From IMG/VR virus record IMGVR_UViG_3300009155_005562: a DNA stretch of 58,318 bases. One strand, 5' to 3'. A program made the position numbers and the translations under genes. How positions within the stretch are numbered: position 1 is the stretch's first letter; each line of letters opens with the position of its first letter. The DNA is from an uncultured virus (IMG/VR IMGVR_UViG_3300009155_005562) (Duplodnaviria > Heunggongvirae > Uroviricota > Caudoviricetes). The notes under the pieces are model-generated. The model was not told the DNA's origin. It searched no databases and worked only from the letters and a program-made list of their open reading frames with translations. Shown in pieces: positions 9,555-24,104 of the stretch.

Positions 9555-10930
9555 ATGGCTGCAAATCCTTTACCTAAGACTATTCCAAAGCTTGTACCGT
9601 TTGTACCTGTACCGGCGCTAACCTGACACCAGTTTATTATTCCTCCGAGAACAGAAACTGGAGATGATTTGTCAACTGTTGTTCCATCACCTAAACGACC
9701 GTTACAAGCACAACCCCATCCCCAAGCTGTTCCATTGGTTCTTACTCCTGCGGAATGAAATTGACCTGCGCTAATCTGACACCAATCTGTAAATCCCCCA
9801 ATCACCGATATTGGTGATGACTTTGTTACTGTTGTTCCATCACCTAAACGACCACAACAATTATGTCCCCATGCCCATGCTGTCCCATTGGTTCTAACTC
9901 CTAAGCTGTGATACGTACCTGCACTAACTTGACACCAATCTGTAAACCCCCCTACTACTGATACTGGGGATGATTTATTTACGGTTGTTCCGTCGCCTAG
10001 TGCACCTGTAGCACCTACTACTGCTCTACAATTTTGTCCCCACGCCCATGCTGTACCATTGGTTCTGACACCTAGACCATGTGCAAGACCTGCGCTAATC
10101 TGACACCAGTCGGTAAACCCTCCCACGACTGATACTGGTGATGATTTAGATACTGTTGTTCCGTCTCCTAGACGGCCATATAAATTGAATCCCCAGGCCC
10201 ATGCTGTGCCGTTGGTTCTAATACCTAAGCCATGGACAGCGCCAGTGCTAATTCGACACCAATCTGTAAATCCGCCTACGACTGATACTGGTGATGATCT
10301 ATTAACAGTAGTACCGTCACCTAATTGACCTTGGGCGTTTGACCCCCATGACCATAGTGAGCCAGTAGTTCTTATTCCTATACTAGAACAACTGCTAGCA
10401 CTAATCTGGCACCAATCTGTAAAACCACCAACAACTGATACTGGTGATGATTTAGATACTGTTGTCCCGTCACCTAACTCACCCACTGAGCCTGTCCCCC
10501 ATGCCCATATAGTTCCGTTAGTTCTAAGCCCTGTAGTATGGGATTGACCGGTGCAGACCTGACACCAATCTGTAAACCCACCAACAACTGAAACCGGAGA
10601 TGATTTAGATACGGTTGTACCGTCACCTAGTGCGCCGCAAAGACTGGTGCCCCAGGCATATAAAGCGTTTGTCACGGTATTACTAGTAAAATCGTTTATC
10701 CATCTTGTACCATCACTAATACGATAAGCGCACCTGTCCGTAATAAAAATCATTCTCCCTTTATTACAGGCAGCTGACGGCAGTGAAGCTACGTTAGCAA
10801 CCGCGTATACGGTATTAGAATCAAAGTCCTTGACAATGCTTGAAAGTTGAAGTATGCCTAACTCATCGGTATTTGCTACCGATTGAATTGCTGTATTAAC
10901 ACAGCCCACTAGAGTCTCTACACCGATCAT
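9551..10930 (-). CDS. RCC1-repeat 7-bladed beta-propeller protein (paralog 1)
   Basis: Seven RCC1 repeats. Confidence 0.9.
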   Translation of the reverse strand: MIGVETLVGCVNTAIQSVANTDELGILQLSSIVKDFDSNTVYAVANVASLPSAACNKGRMIFITDRCAYRISDGTRWINDFTSNTVTNALYAWGTSLCGALGDGTTVSKSSPVSVVGGFTDWCQVCTGQSHTTGLRTNGTIWAWGTGSVGELGDGTTVSKSSPVSVVGGFTDWCQISASSCSSIGIRTTGSLWSWGSNAQGQLGDGTTVNRSSPVSVVGGFTDWCRISTGAVHGLGIRTNGTAWAWGFNLYGRLGDGTTVSKSSPVSVVGGFTDWCQISAGLAHGLGVRTNGTAWAWGQNCRAVVGATGALGDGTTVNKSSPVSVVGGFTDWCQVSAGTYHSLGVRTNGTAWAWGHNCCGRLGDGTTVTKSSPISVIGGFTDWCQISAGQFHSAGVRTNGTAWGWGCACNGRLGDGTTVDKSSPVSVLGGIINWCQVSAGTGTNGTSFGIVLGKGFAAI

Positions 10931-10931
10931 A

Positions 10932-11297
10932 TTATGGTAATGCTAAAGTAGCTAATGTTCTAGCAGTATCATCTGTTCCACCGGCAGATGTCGACCAATA
11001 GATACCGCTACCGTTTGAGGTAAGTAGCTGACCTGATGTACCTATAGAGCCATTAGCAAGTACTGACGTCACAGCAATTGTAGTTGCATTTACATAGGTA
11101 TTAACTGTGGTGTTACCAAGTCTTACTTGTGCACCTGTGCCGTTAATAGCTAAAATTGTAGCATTAGCGGTTGTATTAACTGTAGAATTACCAACAGATA
11201 CAGTACCAGATGTACTTGTTGATATAGTTAAATTACCAGTAAGAGTACCGTTTTGACTATCATCAACAATAGTGGTACCATTAATTTTGATTGCCAT
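10932..11297 (-). CDS. Small fibre-like structural protein
   Basis: MAIKINGTTIVDD start. Shares 'LAINGTGAQxRLGN' and 'ANGSxGTSGQxLxSNG..YW' modules with the long fibres. Confidence 0.65.
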   Translation of the reverse strand: MAIKINGTTIVDDSQNGTLTGNLTISTSTSGTVSVGNSTVNTTANATILAINGTGAQVRLGNTTVNTYVNATTIAVTSVLANGSIGTSGQLLTSNGSGIYWSTSAGGTDDTARTLATLALP

Positions 11298-11323
11298 CTT
11301 CGCTCCTCGAGAACTCGGCTATG

Positions 11324-15514
<4,191 letters not shown>

Positions 15515-15528
15515 GTGGCCTCGCAAAT

Positions 15529-15544
15529 GACAGTATATACTGTC
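15529..15544. promoter_or_regulatory. Perfect 16-bp palindrome GACAGTATATACTGTC upstream of the long-fibre start
   Basis: Self-complementary. Fills the gap between the PLOD-like gene stop and the fibre ribosome-binding region. Confidence 0.5.
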
Positions 15545-17494
15545 TTAGTAGTTTATATCTCCAGGTCTTCTACTCGTCCAAATTACTAGATTGTATTTTG
15601 CACCAGAGGTTACCTCTCTCCCTTCATGACCATGTGTAACCTGTCCCGGCCACATAGTCATTTTACCGACAGATGTATTTATGTTTGAATAATTCTGCCT
15701 GTAGAAATAAGTATCTCCGCCTGTATATTCGCTATTAAGTTTAACATTACCGGATACAAGAGAAGCATCATGGTGACATTTTAGCTTAGCTTGTGTCTCT
15801 GGAGTATATTTAATAATAAAGGCATCTCTTAAACCGTACATGCTTAAAGGAAACCAGTATTGCTCTATTAAAGGGTAAACTTTATCTTTAAGATGTTGTT
15901 CTAGTTTATTAAACAGATTAATATCAATTTCTCGTATTCTTATTTCCTGCGCAGGAAACTTATCACCACTCATAGGCTCCCATTTACCATGGCTATCGGC
16001 AAGATTAACGAGCTGCTTGCACATATCTGGTGTAAGTAAATCAATTTCTAAAATTTCTGGACCTACAATTTCATAGCCAGATGGCGTCATAAATTCAATA
16101 CCTATGTCACTCTCATTGAAGATTGTGTTAAATAATCTATCAAAATCTTTCTTTACTGAATCGCCACCGTTACCATGGAGTATACAGGGGCAACATCTAG
16201 TTTCAGAATTCAATAACTGCCCGTTTGATTTAACAGTTACTGCATCAACCGCTCCTGCCAAGCACTGAAATATATAATTCTCGACATCTATCTTGTACAG
16301 TTTTTTTGAATCAAATAAATCCACAATGTATTTCTTTTGAAGATAAAGTTGATCATCATCAGAGTTTTGTATATAATTCTCTATGAGAGAGCAAACATAA
16401 CCTGCGTATCCAATATACACTCCACTGTTTAAGTATTTGTAGTCAGTGTCACCGTCGAACAGAGGAGCAATAGACTTATCTGGCCAGCAATTCTTCTCTC
16501 CTGCAAAAAGAACTTTACAGTCAAATCCATTAAATCGATCGACTATTGTCTGTAGATCGTCATTAAAAAAAACATCATATCCGTCTACGAATAGAACAAT
16601 GTCCTGCTCTGGTATTTGACTAACATAGTTCTTAACTAGTTTTAACTTCTGGCCACCACCGGGCCCGATCATGTTTCCCCCGTCCCATACGACATCTTTA
16701 CCTAGATTAATAAATTTTATTCCAAACTTTTGAGCTGAAGTATCCAGATACTTTAGTTTTGTTTCATCTGTTGCCACTGTTAACACATGAACTGTATTCA
16801 TAATCGATCTTCCACTTTCAATATCAGATCCCATAATTTTTCTGGGTAGTTGTTTAAAAATACTCTCTTTGTACGCTACCGGGTTAGTTGGTAGCGTCAT
16901 AAGTAATTCCTGGAGTGAAGTAAAAATTTCTTTATTACCTAGACAATGATCGTTAAAAGCAATTCCGCTTAAAATAGGAAACAGCTCATCCACCGGTATT
17001 ATATTGTATCTATAGGGTGAATTTATAATATAACGAGCAAGCCTGGGTGTAATAACATATGCATTGTTCCAGTAGGGATAAAAGGGCCTGACGAATTTTT
17101 CTCCGACTACGGATAGGTCAGGAAACATCTCTCTGTGATCAAGATAAACTATATCATATTCATTACTTAATAATTCTAGTTCTTTTAAATCTAAATCACC
17201 AACAAGCTGTGAGTCGTCTTCTAAAATAAGAATTGGCTCATTAAGCTCAACACACTTTTCCCATAACTGATAATGAGAGATAGCAGCTGCTATTTCCGTA
17301 TTGGTTAATTTTCTATCTAGAAGAGGATCAATCCATTTGCTGTATGGTGCGAAATCTAATTGAACGATTGCATCCATAGTTAAACTATGGCCATTCAGCG
17401 CTGAATGTCTTTGCCATTCAACATCTTTAAGCTGCTCAGACATAAAAGCCAGGCGATCAGGCCTGGCTTCTAAATTTATCACAAATATTTTCAT
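15545..17494 (-). CDS. Three-domain collagen-modifying enzyme: GT25 + PLOD-type glycosyltransferase + 2OG-Fe(II) lysyl-hydroxylase-like domain
   Basis: GT25: FVINL..RPDR, SHYQLW, ILEDD. PLOD GT: LTVAT, W.GG...GGGQK, FVDGYD, F.GEK.CWP, YLNSG..IGYA, DDDQLY, HGNG. Hydroxylase: FIIKY.P..Q..L..HHDAS, Y.GG...F, PG..TH.HEG..V..G.KY. Confidence 0.85.
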   Translation of the reverse strand: MKIFVINLEARPDRLAFMSEQLKDVEWQRHSALNGHSLTMDAIVQLDFAPYSKWIDPLLDRKLTNTEIAAAISHYQLWEKCVELNEPILILEDDSQLVGDLDLKELELLSNEYDIVYLDHREMFPDLSVVGEKFVRPFYPYWNNAYVITPRLARYIINSPYRYNIIPVDELFPILSGIAFNDHCLGNKEIFTSLQELLMTLPTNPVAYKESIFKQLPRKIMGSDIESGRSIMNTVHVLTVATDETKLKYLDTSAQKFGIKFINLGKDVVWDGGNMIGPGGGQKLKLVKNYVSQIPEQDIVLFVDGYDVFFNDDLQTIVDRFNGFDCKVLFAGEKNCWPDKSIAPLFDGDTDYKYLNSGVYIGYAGYVCSLIENYIQNSDDDQLYLQKKYIVDLFDSKKLYKIDVENYIFQCLAGAVDAVTVKSNGQLLNSETRCCPCILHGNGGDSVKKDFDRLFNTIFNESDIGIEFMTPSGYEIVGPEILEIDLLTPDMCKQLVNLADSHGKWEPMSGDKFPAQEIRIREIDINLFNKLEQHLKDKVYPLIEQYWFPLSMYGLRDAFIIKYTPETQAKLKCHHDASLVSGNVKLNSEYTGGDTYFYRQNYSNINTSVGKMTMWPGQVTHGHEGREVTSGAKYNLVIWTSRRPGDINY

Positions 17495-17495
17495 A

Positions 17496-17711
17496 TCAAG
17501 TATTACTTGTAGATCTACTTGATTTCTTAGTTTCTACAGCTTCTAAAGCTTTAGATAATTGCCCTTCTAAAGTACTCACCTTAGAACCAAGCTCACCTGC
17601 GATTTTATCTGCTATAGTGAGCTTGGTTTCTAAAATTAAATTTTTTGCAACTAGTTCTTCAATAAACGTTTTTTGCTTCTGTATATAAACATTAATAAAT
17701 TCAGTATCCAT
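17496..17711 (-). CDS. Small coiled-coil hypothetical protein
   Basis: ORF with GAGG ribosome-binding site, tightly packed in the operon. Confidence 0.6.
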   Translation of the reverse strand: MDTEFINVYIQKQKTFIEELVAKNLILETKLTIADKIAGELGSKVSTLEGQLSKALEAVETKKSSRSTSNT

Positions 17712-17724
17712 AACCCCTCATAAT

Positions 17725-19617
17725 TTAGAATGTGCCGCCGTCAAGACCTCCGAATGTTGGCACGTTGCTTGAAATCTGTAAAACTTGACCATTGGAACCA
17801 GTAGCTTCTTGAATGCTACCAGTACCATAACCAAATAGCACTGCATTGTTAGTAATAGAAGTCTTACCAGTACCGCCTGAACTAACGCCTAGTGCTGTTG
17901 TTAGCGATAGTGTATTTGCTACTATTGCTACGTTGACTGTACTATTAGCAGTTATTGAAACTGCTGTTGAATTAGTACCTAATGCACCTGATAGTAAATA
18001 CGCTTGTAAAGTAGCAGTGCTATACGAAGCATCACCAGTAGCTACTGTTGTGGTAGGTGCAACTGTTAGACCTTGGAAAAGCTTATATTTACCGTCTGTA
18101 GCATCACGGAACAGACCAGTGTGCTCATTAGCACCACCATCCGGATTATAATTGCCATAGAAACCAATATCAAGGGTATCTGTGGTAATATTATCTTTAG
18201 CTAGCTGAATTAATGAGTCAGTTACAGCTAGTGTTTCTACGTTAATAGATACTACGTTACCAGAAACGTATAAGTTACCTGAAACAGTAACGCTATTATC
18301 AAATGTAGCATAACCAGCGTAAACGTTACCAGCATAAACTGTTAGCCATCTGGTGTCATTTGAACCCAGGTTGTAAGTAGCATTAGCGGCAGGCATGATG
18401 CTAGTATTAACTTTAGCGTTAATAGCTACCGTATCAGCGTTGCTGCTACCGACAATAACGTTGTTGTTAAGAGCTACTGTTGTTGAGTTTGCAGTAAAGT
18501 CAGAACCAATATTAAACGCCGAAGCATTTACTACGCCAAAGCTAACGTTGCTTGTTGTGCCTACATCCTGACCAATATGAACCCCGGTAGCATTTACAGT
18601 TACACCGGTACCAGCCCTAACAAAGGTTCCTGATGAGTTTGCAACAATACCATTGCCTGCATTAACAGCAACATCATTAGCGTTTACTGTAATACCGGCA
18701 CCGGCGCCAACATCAAGAGTCACAGAACCTGAATCTCCACCACCAGTTAAGCCATTTCCTGCTGTAACTTCAGTGATATCACCAGTTAGAGTAGACCAAT
18801 AAACTGTTGAACCGTTTGAAGTAAGGACTTGGCCGGCTGTACCGGTTGATCCATTTGCACTGATAGCTACTGTATTAGCAATTGTAACCTGAGTAGTATT
18901 AGCTTTAAAATTTGAACCAACTTGAACAACGGCAGCATTGACTGTACCAGTTGAATAAACACCGGAAGCATTAGCTACTAGATCAGTACCTACTTTGAAT
19001 GAAGAGGCATTTACTGAACCGTTAACGTACACGTTACCAGAAGCTCCGGTACCGACGTATAGATCTGATTGAACCCCAACTGTACCGCTGTTACCATTGT
19101 AGTCGAGAGTAATATTCAGATTGTTTTGCGGCGAAAGAATACGATCAGTGGCAACTGCATTAGCAACAGTTAAAATATTAGTTGTTTTGTCGAATGCAAA
19201 TCCTGATACTGCGTCAAACGCACCATTGGAGTTGAATTGAACGTATGTGTTCGAACCAGCAGCAGCTGTGGTTAGATTACTTGGGCTCATCCATCTTACG
19301 TTACCGCTAGCGCTTGAAGTTAGAACATAGCCGTTCGAACCAAATGAGCCATTTGCATATACTTGAGTAGCAACTAAGTTGGCTACGATAACCTTATCAA
19401 TACCCGATGTTGAGTTAGCTACTAGAGCTTGATTAGCAGTTAATGTGCCTGGTGTTCTCTTGCCACCAATTGCAACAACGTTAGCAGTATCTGCACCTAC
19501 TGGGCTACCAATGTATAATACTTCGCCATTAGACGAGTATGCTAATTCACCCTGGCTCAGAGCACCAGGTGCCGCAGTAGTAGTACTGCGTTTTATTTGA
19601 ATAATTGTATTTGCCAT
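17725..19617 (-). CDS. Tail fibre-like structural protein
   Basis: N-terminal IQIKRS...GELAYS motif shared with the long fibre. 'DIGFYG...HTGLFRDATDG' fibre motif. C-terminal GLDGGTF. Confidence 0.75.
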   Translation of the reverse strand: MANTIIQIKRSTTTAAPGALSQGELAYSSNGEVLYIGSPVGADTANVVAIGGKRTPGTLTANQALVANSTSGIDKVIVANLVATQVYANGSFGSNGYVLTSSASGNVRWMSPSNLTTAAAGSNTYVQFNSNGAFDAVSGFAFDKTTNILTVANAVATDRILSPQNNLNITLDYNGNSGTVGVQSDLYVGTGASGNVYVNGSVNASSFKVGTDLVANASGVYSTGTVNAAVVQVGSNFKANTTQVTIANTVAISANGSTGTAGQVLTSNGSTVYWSTLTGDITEVTAGNGLTGGGDSGSVTLDVGAGAGITVNANDVAVNAGNGIVANSSGTFVRAGTGVTVNATGVHIGQDVGTTSNVSFGVVNASAFNIGSDFTANSTTVALNNNVIVGSSNADTVAINAKVNTSIMPAANATYNLGSNDTRWLTVYAGNVYAGYATFDNSVTVSGNLYVSGNVVSINVETLAVTDSLIQLAKDNITTDTLDIGFYGNYNPDGGANEHTGLFRDATDGKYKLFQGLTVAPTTTVATGDASYSTATLQAYLLSGALGTNSTAVSITANSTVNVAIVANTLSLTTALGVSSGGTGKTSITNNAVLFGYGTGSIQEATGSNGQVLQISSNVPTFGGLDGGTF

Positions 19618-19860
19618 TTAGAAAGTTCCCCCGTCTAGTCCTGTTATATTATTTGCTGAGATTGATACTGGCTTTACTTCATATTTATTTAAAATGGAAT
19701 TGTATACTAATGTATCGCCATTATTAGGGGAACCTTCAATTACATTAGTAATTTCTCTAAGAGCAATCTCATCCTTTAAGGTATTTTTTAAAGTAAGAGT
19801 AGACTGTTGAGTTAAAATAGAACCGGTCTGTCTTACAACGGCTTTAATATTAGTGGCCAT
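19618..19860 (-). CDS. Small virion/fibre-associated protein
   Basis: NGDTLVYNS motif. Ends in GLDGGTF like the neighbouring gene. Confidence 0.6.
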   Translation of the reverse strand: MATNIKAVVRQTGSILTQQSTLTLKNTLKDEIALREITNVIEGSPNNGDTLVYNSILNKYEVKPVSISANNITGLDGGTF

Positions 19861-19878
19861 ATTATATATGTATATAAG

Positions 19879-20197
19879 TTATCTTGTTACATTAGGAGTT
19901 ACAGTAACTATACCTTCTAATACTCTAGAAATTACACCAGTATTAGAAGTAAGTTCTACATCGTAAACATATCTTCCTGCAACTATATTAGCTGTTGCAT
20001 TTGCTGACATAGAAAGTGTCAAGGTACCATCAGCTCCTCCAAGACTAACTGTAAATGAAGCTGCATTAGATGAGGTGTAATGCTTTCTCATCTGCGCCGC
20101 TCCAGTATAGTTAGTAAGGTTTATTGCAACCCCGTATTCATCTGCAATATCAATAGTCGTACTATACGTTGCGCCTTGATCTATAATTAAGTTAGCC

Positions 20198-20208
<11 letters not shown>
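19879..20208 (-). CDS. Ig-like fibre-attachment/adaptor protein (BppU-like)
   Basis: NLIIDQGAT...NLTNYTGAAQMRK...GRYVYDVEL...RVLEGIVTVTP, a common small structural family in T4-like phages. Confidence 0.65.
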
Positions 20209-22330
<2,122 letters not shown>

Positions 22331-22364
22331 TAGCTTCCCTTCCGCTAACTTGTTATTATTTTAT

Positions 22365-22372
22365 TATTTATA
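22365..22372 (-). promoter_or_regulatory. T4-type late promoter TATAAATA
   Basis: Exact consensus in the intergenic gap, about 35 nt upstream of the fibre start at 22330. Confidence 0.7.
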
Positions 22373-23899
22373 CTACCTGGCCTTCTGGCGCACACCTCTA
22401 AATTGTAAGTTAGCTGACCCACCTTTAGATGTTAAGTAAGCGGTAGTGGGAGCAGCTTGTAGCCAGTAGTAAGTAGAATTAGCACCTACCGATACCTCAA
22501 CAAAAGCAGAGTTAGTATATATTGTACCATATTGAGTTGAGTGTGCGTTACCGTATCCATAAATCATACTGACTTCAGTCATAAACACTTCGTTAGCCAC
22601 TTCATTATCTTGAACCTGGATAGTATACTTAACTGCTTGATATCCAGTACCTTGAGCTTTATCGATGACATCTACTCGTTGCGGTTCTGTATTAGAGAAA
22701 ACTAGGAAGGTATAAGGACCAGGCTCAGCTGAGCTGTAGGTAGTGTTAGGAGGAACAATAGGACAAACAGTAGCAGTAACTGTAGCCTGTGATGTACCGC
22801 CCATGAATACTATATTAGCATAAAGATCACCCGAGCATATCAAATCACCAGAGGTTTGAAACGTGCCATTTGAGTAAACCTTTGTACCTGCACCTATTGT
22901 TACCAATGCATCAGGGGTCGCGTTTGCAATTCCAACATTACCATTTGCTGCTATAATTAACTTACCTGATGTACCACTGGCATTATTAGATGCAAATACA
23001 AGAGAAGTGTTTGTACCAGATTTAGCAATTATACTAGGGGTACTGGTTATTGAATTAGAACTTAGGACAGTAAATAATGTATTATCCTGTGAGTTCTCAA
23101 CACCAACCATTGTAGAGGTATTTGAACCTTTAACATGTAAGGCATAACTCGGTGATGTAGTTAGAATACCTACTCTATCATTAACAGAGTCAATAAAGAG
23201 TGAATTAGAATCAAACGTAACATTGCCAGTAATAGAAGTTACGTTTGCTGATACTGTAAGGTTGCTACTAATAGTTACTAAATTACCAGTTAGTGTAACA
23301 TTAGAAGTTGTACCGCCAAGAACAGTAATGTTTGTAACTGAAGTATTTGCTTTTAATGTAGTGTTACCTGTGATAGTTGAAACTGAATTAATCGAGAATG
23401 AGGTTGTGTTTATACCCGAGGTATTACCATTTACAGTAACAGCTGTAGCAGTCGTATTACCAGTTATTAATACATTGTTTGTAGTTGAATTACCGCTCAA
23501 TGCAATATTAGCAACAGCTCTATAAACTGCTGAATTGGCATAAATGTTAGCAGCATTTAATACTGTGTTTGAAAGTAAGTTTATATTGTTAGCTGTTATA
23601 TTAGCAGTATAGCCTGTTAACACTACGTTAGAAGAAGCGCTGCTGTTACTGATACCAACAGTAAGAGTAGTTAATGTGGCTGCGTTACCAGAATTACCGC
23701 CATATAAAGATGGAGTGGTTAAGATATTGGCAGAAAGAACGCCTATTACACTAACATTACCGTACGTATTAGCGCCAGCTGCGGTATTAGATGCAGTGAC
23801 TATTTCATTAGTATGAGAATTTAGTAACTCATTAGTTTTAGTAACCCATCCATTAAATGTGTCAGTTGCTATTTGTACGTTTGCTATTAGTCTAGACAT
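22373..23899 (-). CDS. Virion structural / fibre protein
   Basis: N-terminal DTFNGWVTKTN motif, RVGI/GNVGI fibre repeats, N/S/T-rich. Confidence 0.7.
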   Translation of the reverse strand: MSRLIANVQIATDTFNGWVTKTNELLNSHTNEIVTASNTAAGANTYGNVSVIGVLSANILTTPSLYGGNSGNAATLTTLTVGISNSSASSNVVLTGYTANITANNINLLSNTVLNAANIYANSAVYRAVANIALSGNSTTNNVLITGNTTATAVTVNGNTSGINTTSFSINSVSTITGNTTLKANTSVTNITVLGGTTSNVTLTGNLVTISSNLTVSANVTSITGNVTFDSNSLFIDSVNDRVGILTTSPSYALHVKGSNTSTMVGVENSQDNTLFTVLSSNSITSTPSIIAKSGTNTSLVFASNNASGTSGKLIIAANGNVGIANATPDALVTIGAGTKVYSNGTFQTSGDLICSGDLYANIVFMGGTSQATVTATVCPIVPPNTTYSSAEPGPYTFLVFSNTEPQRVDVIDKAQGTGYQAVKYTIQVQDNEVANEVFMTEVSMIYGYGNAHSTQYGTIYTNSAFVEVSVGANSTYYWLQAAPTTAYLTSKGGSANLQFRGVRQKAR

Positions 23900-24104
23900 T
23901 TTTATTTCCGTTTAATAAAGCTAATAAAATATTTTTTATTTCGCTTATGTCATCCTTTAAACTTTTAACTTCACTCTCTATATGATGAACTCTTTGACTT
24001 TCATTACGTTGACGTCGATATTCCTCATAGCCTGCTTTATCTACGTTAAGGAGTGCATAGTTTTGTTTATCTCGAGCGAAACCTTCTATCTTTAATTCTT
24101 TCAT
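23892..24104 (-). CDS. Small conserved phage protein
   Basis: GFARD...ALLNVD...Y..YR..R followed by a coiled coil (LKDDISEIKNIL). Typically follows DUF4815 genes in T4-like phages. Confidence 0.6.
   Translation of the reverse strand: MKELKIEGFARDKQNYALLNVDKAGYEEYRRQRNESQRVHHIESEVKSLKDDISEIKNILLALLNGNKNV

Larger units (their letters stand above)
2200..10660. repeat. About 150-165 bp coding tandem repeat family, 42 units across six genes
   Basis: Recurring + strand blocks such as gcactaacctgacaccaatctgtaaa, gatactggtgatgattt, gtaccgtcacctag and ccattggttctaacaccta. Confidence 0.9.

Noticed and set aside
2200..10660. Regular repeat/variable pattern resembling a CRISPR array
   Set aside because: The repeats are degenerate at third codon positions and lie within intact ORFs. 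They are RCC1 coding repeats, and no cas genes are present.
2159..10930. Diversity-generating retroelement targeting the RCC1 genes
   Set aside because: No reverse transcriptase or non-coding template repeat is in the window, and the variation is not visibly adenine-specific. A remote DGR cannot be excluded.
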